A stretch of DNA of 64,000 nucleotides, from assembly GCA_965262725.1 (NCBI GenBank), contig OZ253555.1:2112001-2176000 (forward strand), written 5' to 3'. The notes beneath the pieces are model-generated. The model ran no database searches. It saw only the letters and a program-made list of their open reading frames with translations, and was not told where the DNA came from. How positions within the stretch are numbered: the stretch's first letter is position 1; the number at the start of each line of letters is the position of its first letter. The stretch is from Dehalococcoidia bacterium (GTDB taxonomy: Bacteria > Chloroflexota > Dehalococcoidia > UBA2979). Shown here piece by piece: positions 57,804-64,000 of the stretch. The translations under genes were made by a program, and so were the position numbers.

Positions 57804-58874
57804 TCACGTAACGTGATGACCGTTGTCGGGACGGCCAGCGGTGGGTCTTCCCGTTCCGTTCCCGGGGCGAGTGTCCTCCCTCGGGGCACGCGCGATGGCG
57901 GTGATCCCGAGGCCCAGGCGCCACGCCAGCGCGGCGCCGGCGAGCACCACGCTGACGAGGATCAGGGCGTGGAGTCCCAGGGCGTAGGCGGTGGCGTCGG
58001 CCGTGGACACCCCGAAGGCGACTGCGACCTCGCGAGCGAAGAACTCGAAGGGGCCGATCCCCCCGGCGGTGGAGGGAGCGGCGATGGCGAGGTTCGCGGC
58101 GCCGGCGATCGCGAGGTAGATGGGCGCCGGGAGACCGAGCCCGAAGGCGAGCCCTATCAGCCAGTACGAGGCCGCCTCCAGGCCCCAGGACGCAGCCGTC
58201 AGCCAGACGGCCGCCCACCAGTCGCGCGGGCCGCGGAGCGTGGTGAGCCCCGCGAGCAGCCCCGTTGCGATCGCCCGGGCCGCCGGTTGCAGCCTCGGGG
58301 ACAGCAGCCCCGCCAGCCGCTCGAGCATCGCACCGAGCCTCCCGGCCCAGCCCGGCCGCTGCGAGAGCATCACGAGGAGCGCCGTGACGAGCACGAACGC
58401 CCCGAGCCCCGCCGCCGCGAGTAGCCGCAGGGCATCGCTCCCGCCGGCGAGGGCGATCGTGGCGGCGAGGAAGACGGCCAGCACCAGCCCGTCGAGCGCC
58501 CGCTCCACCACGATCGTCCCTATGGCGGCGCTCCGGCTCGTTCCGTGGCTGCGCTTGATGAGGAGCGCGCGCAGCACCTCGCCGGCGCGGGCCGGGAGCA
58601 CGTTGTTGGCGGCGTAGCCGATCACCATCGGTGCGAGGGTCCCCCTGGCCCCGAGGGGGAGCTCCGGCCAGAGGATCCGCCGCCAGCGCGCGGCGCGGAG
58701 CCAGAGCGCCGCGGCGTAGACGGGGAGCGATGCCAGCAGCCAGCGCCCGTCCACGTTCCGGAGTGACTCCCAGAGCTCGTCCCGGTCGACGCCGGCGAAG
58801 AGCAGCCCGAGGAAGAGCGCGCTGACGCCGAGCCCGAGCCAGACCCGCACGCCGCGGCTCCCGGGCACGCTCAC
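57804..58874 (-). CDS. Lysylphosphatidylglycerol synthase TM domain (flippase-like, UPF0104) protein
   Basis: LRAARW, IGYAANNVLPARAGEVLRA, TIVVERALDG, APSTAGGIGPFE. Confidence 0.9.
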   Translation of the reverse strand: MSVPGSRGVRVWLGLGVSALFLGLLFAGVDRDELWESLRNVDGRWLLASLPVYAAALWLRAARWRRILWPELPLGARGTLAPMVIGYAANNVLPARAGEVLRALLIKRSHGTSRSAAIGTIVVERALDGLVLAVFLAATIALAGGSDALRLLAAAGLGAFVLVTALLVMLSQRPGWAGRLGAMLERLAGLLSPRLQPAARAIATGLLAGLTTLRGPRDWWAAVWLTAASWGLEAASYWLIGLAFGLGLPAPIYLAIAGAANLAIAAPSTAGGIGPFEFFAREVAVAFGVSTADATAYALGLHALILVSVVLAGAALAWRLGLGITAIARAPREDTRPGNGTGRPTAGRPDNGHHVT

Positions 58875-60955
58875 CGCGCCCCTTCGGCGGCGCGGCGGGC
58901 GGTGGACTCGGGGAAGAGCACCTCGCCGTGAAGCGATCCGATCGCCGACTCGTCGATGCGGCCGGAGAGGAACTGCCACCAGTCCTGAAGCAGCGAGCCG
59001 TCGGCGATCCCCGAGAGCACGCTCCCGACGCTCGCCGACTTGTAGCGCCTCTCGGGGAACCACGAGCGGTGGCGGTAGGGAACGACGCGCCCGTAGGCCT
59101 CCCGCAGGTCGGGCCCCTCGTCCAGCGTCCACGAGGTCGCGATCAGGACCCTCCCCGGCTCCGGCTCCTCCGCGCGCAGCATCTCGCGGGTCGCGTAGAG
59201 GACCTGCGAGTAGTCCCTGAGGTACCACGCCCACGGCCAGGAGAGCGAGGCCGTCGTTTCCACCATGATCGGGAGCCCGAGCCCCGTCCCGGTCGCCTCG
59301 CCGTAGGCCGCGAGCTCGCGCGCGATCTCGGCCACGTCGGGGCTCGTCTGCGTGTAGATGAGGGGCTCGACCGGCGTGGCGGGGTGGACGTAGGAGACCT
59401 CCGTCCCGGTGCGGAGGGTCAGCAGCCCGAGCGCGAGGACGAGGACCGCGGCGGCTCCGGCGACGCCGAGCCGGCGGGGCCCTGCCGGGGCGGCTCTCGC
59501 TCCCGCGGCCCGAAGCCGCGAGACCGCCTCCCCGGCGACGAGGCCCGAGAGGAGGATGAGCGGGAGCGCCAGGTGGACCGTGAGCCACGGCATCTTCTCG
59601 CCGGCGAGCGAGAGGGAGACGAACATCCAGACGAACCACCAGGCGAGGAGCCGCGCGAGGCGGTGGCCGCGCGCCAGCAGCCAGGCGCCGCCCACAACGC
59701 CGGCTGCGAGCGCCAGGGGCTCGTAGAGCGGGAGCATGAAGGCGTAGTAGAAGCCGGGCTGCTGCCCGCGCTGCACGTCCTGCTGCGCCAGCCAGTAGTC
59801 GAGCGAACCCCACAGCCCCGAGTGGAGGCCGCCCGGGTTCGTGCCGAGCGTCGTGTAGAGCGGGACGTAGATCGCGGCGAAGACGGCCGCAGCGGCGAGC
59901 CACCACCGCCGGTTCCAGAGCAACCCGACCGCCGCCGCGCCGCCGACGAGCACGGTGATCGCGACCACCGAGACCGCGCGCTCGCGGCCCTCGGTCAGCT
60001 CACCCACGGCCGCCTCGACCGGGAGCTGGGCGAACGCGGCGATCTGGGTCGCGGTCAAAGTCCCCACCACGACGAGCAGGTCGCAGTCTGAGCTCCACGA
60101 GCCGAGCCCCCACCTCCGGCGCAGCGCCCCGGCGAGCGGCCAGAGCGCGACCAGCGCCCACGCCGCCGGCAGGAGCGCGGCCCAGCAGAGCAGGCGCCTC
60201 CTTCCCGAGAGCCGCTCGGGGACGAGCCTCCACGCGACGGCGGCGTCGAGGTAGAGGAGCAGCATCGCGGCGGTGAGGTAGGCCGTCTCCTTCGTCGTGA
60301 AGGAGAGCGCGAGCGCCGCCGCGGCGAGCAGCAGCCAGCCGCCCCCGCGGATGCGCCTCTCCCCATCCGCGGGCGTCTCTCCGTCACCGTGCCCGCGCTG
60401 CTCGCGGTAGCGCCAGACGGCGGCCGCGAACAGCGTCGTGAAGAGGGCGAAGGGGAGGTCGTTGCGGGCGAAGCGCGAGTAGTAGAGGAGGACCGGCGAG
60501 AGCGCGAGCAGCGCCGCCGCGACCACGACCCCCGTCGTGCCGAGCCGGCGGCGGAGCAGCAGGGGCGCGGCGACGAGCGCGGCGCCGGCCAGGGCGGACG
60601 GGAATCGCGAGATCACTTCGCTCTCGCCGAAGAGGCGGAAGGCGCCGGCCAGCACGTGGAACTGGAGGGGCCCGTGCATGAGGGGGTCGTGGAGGTAGCC
60701 TCGCCCCTCGGCGAAGTACCAGGCGAAGGTCGCGTGCAGCGACTCGTCATGATGCATCGGGCGCGCATCGAGATCGACGAGGCGCATCGCCAGCGCCGCG
60801 GCGGCGAGCGCGAGCACCGACCACGTCACGGCATCCGGCCGGAAGCCCTGGATCGCCCTCACGGCTTCGCTCTCATTCCGGCCGGCGCACGCCCGCGGGT
60901 CCTCCCGCGAGCCACGACGCCCGCCGCGGCGCGGGGCGGACCCCGGTAGATCCAC
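58871..60955 (-). CDS. TIGR03663/Agl23-like membrane glycosyltransferase (GT-C); start uncertain
   Basis: RPMHHDESLHA, DPLMHGPLQF, YYSRFARND, TTKE, AGEKMPWL, LIYTQTS, WPWAWYLRD. Confidence 0.9.
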   Translation of the reverse strand: MDLPGSAPRRGGRRGSREDPRACAGRNESEAVRAIQGFRPDAVTWSVLALAAAALAMRLVDLDARPMHHDESLHATFAWYFAEGRGYLHDPLMHGPLQFHVLAGAFRLFGESEVISRFPSALAGAALVAAPLLLRRRLGTTGVVVAAALLALSPVLLYYSRFARNDLPFALFTTLFAAAVWRYREQRGHGDGETPADGERRIRGGGWLLLAAAALALSFTTKETAYLTAAMLLLYLDAAVAWRLVPERLSGRRRLLCWAALLPAAWALVALWPLAGALRRRWGLGSWSSDCDLLVVVGTLTATQIAAFAQLPVEAAVGELTEGRERAVSVVAITVLVGGAAAVGLLWNRRWWLAAAAVFAAIYVPLYTTLGTNPGGLHSGLWGSLDYWLAQQDVQRGQQPGFYYAFMLPLYEPLALAAGVVGGAWLLARGHRLARLLAWWFVWMFVSLSLAGEKMPWLTVHLALPLILLSGLVAGEAVSRLRAAGARAAPAGPRRLGVAGAAAVLVLALGLLTLRTGTEVSYVHPATPVEPLIYTQTSPDVAEIARELAAYGEATGTGLGLPIMVETTASLSWPWAWYLRDYSQVLYATREMLRAEEPEPGRVLIATSWTLDEGPDLREAYGRVVPYRHRSWFPERRYKSASVGSVLSGIADGSLLQDWWQFLSGRIDESAIGSLHGEVLFPESTARRAAEGAR

Positions 60956-61129
60956 GCCGGTGGGACCCGGCCGCGCGGGAGGCTCCGTGGATCCGCGATG
61001 TCATGCTCACGTCCCCGGCACCGTGCCGCAAGCTCGCCCCGCCTACCCCGCCCACCCCGCCGCGCCACGCGCGATCGCGTGATGAAGCAACGTCGCGCCG
61101 GGCCGCTCGGCGGGAACCCGGCGGATCCG

Positions 61130-61780
61130 TCAGGGCGCCGGCTCGCGCAGCCAGGCGAGGTCGAACTGCGCCAGGTCGTCGATCAGCCAGTCGGGGGTCG
61201 CGAGCGCGTCTCCGCCAGGCTCGCCGCGCAGGAGTACAACGCGCATCCCTGCGGCCCTGGCCGACTGCCCGCCGGCCGGCGCGTCCTCTATGGCGATACA
61301 TGCCGCGGGATCGACGCCGAGCCCGCGGGCGGCCTCGAGGTAGATCTCGGGGTCGGGCTTCCCCGCCGCCACCTCGTCGCCGGCGACGAGGTGCCCGAAG
61401 CACTCCCGGAGGCCGGCGCCTTCGAGTCCCGCCTCGACCCAGCTCCGGGGCGAGGAGCTGGCGACGGCGATCGGGACGCCGGCATCGGCGAGACGCCCCA
61501 CCAGTTCGCGCGCGCCTGGGATCGGCGCGATGCCGGCCCGGTAGCGGGCGGCGATCTGGCCTCCGTAGCGCGCCTCGAAGTCCCCGCGCGGCGCCGTCAG
61601 CGCGTGGCGCGAGCAGAGGGCGTCCCAGGTGTCCACAAGCGTCATCCCGAGCGTGCGGGCGTGGTCTTCCGCCGACCACGGGAGACCCCACGCGGCGAGG
61701 ACCCCGCGCAGCACCACGTAGTGGACCGGCTCGGAGTCGAGCAGCACGCCGTCCATGTCGAAGATGACCGCCGCCGGCAT
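61130..61780 (-). CDS. HAD-family phosphatase
   Basis: FDMDGVLLDSE, VASSS, GKPDPEIY, IEDAPAG. Confidence 0.93.
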   Translation of the reverse strand: MPAAVIFDMDGVLLDSEPVHYVVLRGVLAAWGLPWSAEDHARTLGMTLVDTWDALCSRHALTAPRGDFEARYGGQIAARYRAGIAPIPGARELVGRLADAGVPIAVASSSPRSWVEAGLEGAGLRECFGHLVAGDEVAAGKPDPEIYLEAARGLGVDPAACIAIEDAPAGGQSARAAGMRVVLLRGEPGGDALATPDWLIDDLAQFDLAWLREPAP

Positions 61781-61859
61781 GGCCCGCTCCGTGGAACTCC
61801 GTGGCTCGTGCTACGGGGGATAGGGGCTCAGGCTTGGTTCCCCGTCGGTCGCGGACGCG

Positions 61860-61890
61860 CCGGGGGGCGGCGCATCGCGCCGCCCCCCGG
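61860..61890 (-). terminator. GC-rich hairpin downstream of the SBP gene
   Basis: CCGGGGGGCGGCGC-ATC-GCGCCGCCCCCCGG perfect 14-bp stem; no U-tract. Confidence 0.5.
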
Positions 61891-61918
61891 CTTACCGTCC
61901 GCTCGCGGTGTGCGCCCG

Positions 61919-63553
61919 CTAGGCAGGCTCAACCGTGTCGTACTCGATGAACGGGTAGACCCGAGGCGACCAGTCGAGGATGCTCGGGCGCCAGCCCGTG
62001 AGACCTATCGACTCGAGCGTCCACATCGCCGGCGGATCGCTGAAGGCGACCACCGAGGCGTCGCCGTACAGCTGGCGCCTCTTCTCGTCGTCGATCTCCG
62101 AGACGGCGGCGTCGTGCGCGGCCTCCCACTGCGGGTTGTCGTAGAACTTCCCGGGGTTGCTCTTGCGGTACCACGTCATCGCGAAGGAGACCTCCGCGGC
62201 GAAGCACGACCACGGGCTGTAGTGGATCGGAGCCCGCTTCTTGTTGCCGTAGAGGCCGTCCCGCCAGACGTTGAGCTCGACCGGGATCACGCTCGTGCCG
62301 ATGCCGACCTCGTTGAGGAAGCCGGCCGAGGCCTCGGCGAACGGCCTCGTCTCCGGCTGGTACGGCGAGACGAACTCGAAGTCGATGTCGAAGCCGTTCG
62401 GGAAGCCGGCGTCGGCCAACAGCCGCCGCGACTCGTCCGGGTCGTAGCCGTACGCGTCGAGCCGGTCGGTGAACCCGAAGATCCCCTCGGGCGCGATCTG
62501 GCCTCGCATCGGCTTTGTCCGGCCGGACCAGATCGTGTCGACGATCGTCGGGACGTCCAGCGAGTGGCAGATGGCCAGGCGCACGCGCACGTCGGAGGTC
62601 GGACCCTCGAAGTACTCGATGTCCCATCCAAGCTGGCTCGTCGACGATCCTCCCGAGACCGTCACGTCCGGGAAGCCGGAGACGCGGTCGGCCTCGATCG
62701 TCGGGATCGCCGCCACCAGGTCGATCTCGTTGGTCTCGAATGCGGCGATGCGCGTCGTCTGCTCCGGGATCTGGAAGGCGGTGATCTGGGTCACCCCCGC
62801 GTTCCCGTGCCAGGAGCTGCCGCTCGCGGAGAGGTCCGTCCGTGCGTCCAGGAAGTCGTCGACGATGTACGACCCGGTGCCGACGCCGTTCTGTGCCTGG
62901 TGGGCGGGGCCCCTGGCCGGATCCTCGAAGATGTGCTTCGGGATGGTCAGCACGAACATCGCGCGGCGCGGCATGATCGGGTCGAGCGCCTTGGTCTTGA
63001 TGGCGAGCGTCTGGTCGTCGATCACGCGCGTCGACTCGACCGTCCCCACCCGCGAGATCAGCCGCGAGCCGTTGTCCGGGTTGCCGTAGTAGTCGTGGCT
63101 GAACTTCACATCCGCGGCCGTCATCTTCGTGCCGTCGGACCACTCCGCCTCGGTGAGGTTGAAGATCCACTCGAGGTTGGGCTGATCCAGTTCCCACGAC
63201 TCAGCGAGGTGGGGTTCCACATTGCGGTCACGGCCGAGCCGGGTCGGCGCGTCGTAGATGCCCCAGAAGATGTCGTCGGAGGCCGCCGTCGAACTCGGGT
63301 CGAGCGAGGGCGGCTGCCCCGAGGCGCCGTTCTTCAGGTAGAGCGTCTTCGGCGCCTCGGTCGGCGCCGCCGTGGGGGCGGGTGTTGCTGCCGCCGCCGT
63401 GGCCGTTGCCACCGGCGCGGGTGCCGCGTCGTCGTCATCGTCGCCGCAGCCGATCACGGCCGCGGTGGCGAGCCCGACTCCGCCGATGGTCGCTCCGCGC
63501 AGGAACCCGCGCCGCGAGACGCTGCCTGCCAGCAGCGCATGCCGTCGCTCCAT
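61919..63553 (-). CDS. ABC transporter substrate-binding protein, family 5, Tat lipoprotein
   Basis: SRRGFL Tat motif, VIGC lipobox, LAESWE, WSDG..MTAADVKFS, GTGSY, DVRVRLAI. Confidence 0.92.
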   Translation of the reverse strand: MERRHALLAGSVSRRGFLRGATIGGVGLATAAVIGCGDDDDDAAPAPVATATAAAATPAPTAAPTEAPKTLYLKNGASGQPPSLDPSSTAASDDIFWGIYDAPTRLGRDRNVEPHLAESWELDQPNLEWIFNLTEAEWSDGTKMTAADVKFSHDYYGNPDNGSRLISRVGTVESTRVIDDQTLAIKTKALDPIMPRRAMFVLTIPKHIFEDPARGPAHQAQNGVGTGSYIVDDFLDARTDLSASGSSWHGNAGVTQITAFQIPEQTTRIAAFETNEIDLVAAIPTIEADRVSGFPDVTVSGGSSTSQLGWDIEYFEGPTSDVRVRLAICHSLDVPTIVDTIWSGRTKPMRGQIAPEGIFGFTDRLDAYGYDPDESRRLLADAGFPNGFDIDFEFVSPYQPETRPFAEASAGFLNEVGIGTSVIPVELNVWRDGLYGNKKRAPIHYSPWSCFAAEVSFAMTWYRKSNPGKFYDNPQWEAAHDAAVSEIDDEKRRQLYGDASVVAFSDPPAMWTLESIGLTGWRPSILDWSPRVYPFIEYDTVEPA

Positions 63554-63818
63554 GAATCCGTCCCTCCCGGGCACTGGAGCCCGTACCGCGGTGGTGCAGG
63601 GGGCCCGGACGCGCCCCCTGCTGTCACACGCGGATCAGGCACTAGTCGGCCCGACTTGTCAATCGCGCGCCGGCGCCTGAGCACGAGGGGGCACACGGCG
63701 TGGTGGCGTGCGCGCGCCCGCACGCGCATCCCTCCCCCGTGGGTCCCCCGCAGCGCGCCCTCCGGCGCGCTAGACTGACCCCGCCGCGCGGCGGGCGGTA
63801 GGGGGGGTTGATGAGCGG

Positions 63819-64000
63819 ATGACACGGACGATCTCCGACCTCGAGCTCGGGGAGGCCTTCCCGCCGATCCGCAGGGAGGTCACGGCCGAGTGGGTGGAGC
63901 GCGATGCCGCCTTCAAGCAGGACGAGAACCCGTGGTACACGGGACCCTCGCCGTGGGGCGGACCCGTGGCTCCGGTCACCCTGACCAACGCCGACTTCAA
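63819..64000 (+). CDS. MaoC-like (hotdog-fold) dehydratase, partial
   Basis: MTRTISDLELGEAFPP...DENPWYTGPSPWGGPVAP. Confidence 0.6.
   Translation, partial: MTRTISDLELGEAFPPIRREVTAEWVERDAAFKQDENPWYTGPSPWGGPVAPVTLTNADF

Noticed and set aside
1-64000. Many long overlapping ORFs in the track (e.g. 2436-3842-, 8852-10144-, 52104-54206-, 55124-56836+, 60998-63778+)
   Set aside because: Antisense or shifted-frame shadows of real genes in GC-rich DNA; Arg/Pro/Gly-rich with no motifs

Overview
Very GC-rich bacterial DNA. The gene content (LLM oxidoreductase, F420-dependent DDN enzyme, Tat-signal family-5 SBP, Agl23/TIGR03663, alpha-2-macroglobulin) suggests Chloroflexota/Dehalococcoidia; this is inference. 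Housekeeping genes (S41 protease, BCP, panE, mutL, mutS, a nuoEF-like module) alternate with accessory patches. The main find is a complete 3.1-kb IS1595-family cargo transposon (16009-19139; terminal IRs, 8-bp TSD AATGCGAA) that splits a secreted PPC-domain gene. It carries an atypical tRNA-Asn(GTT) with G1-C72, two divergent homologous ~98-nt structured RNA leaders with compensatory changes, and five small ORFs, mostly membrane or secreted proteins plus one Cas2/VapD-like candidate. A complete IS21 (8-bp TSD) interrupts an HNH nuclease. Accessory genes sit between degenerate copies of host gene 3' ends (mutL x3, LPG-synthase x2). A decayed lower-GC defence-like island contains AAA, HEPN-like and Schlafen/AlbA genes, a tRNA remnant and IS256. 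Two unnamed tandem modules occur on secreted proteins. All calls were made by eye, without database searches.
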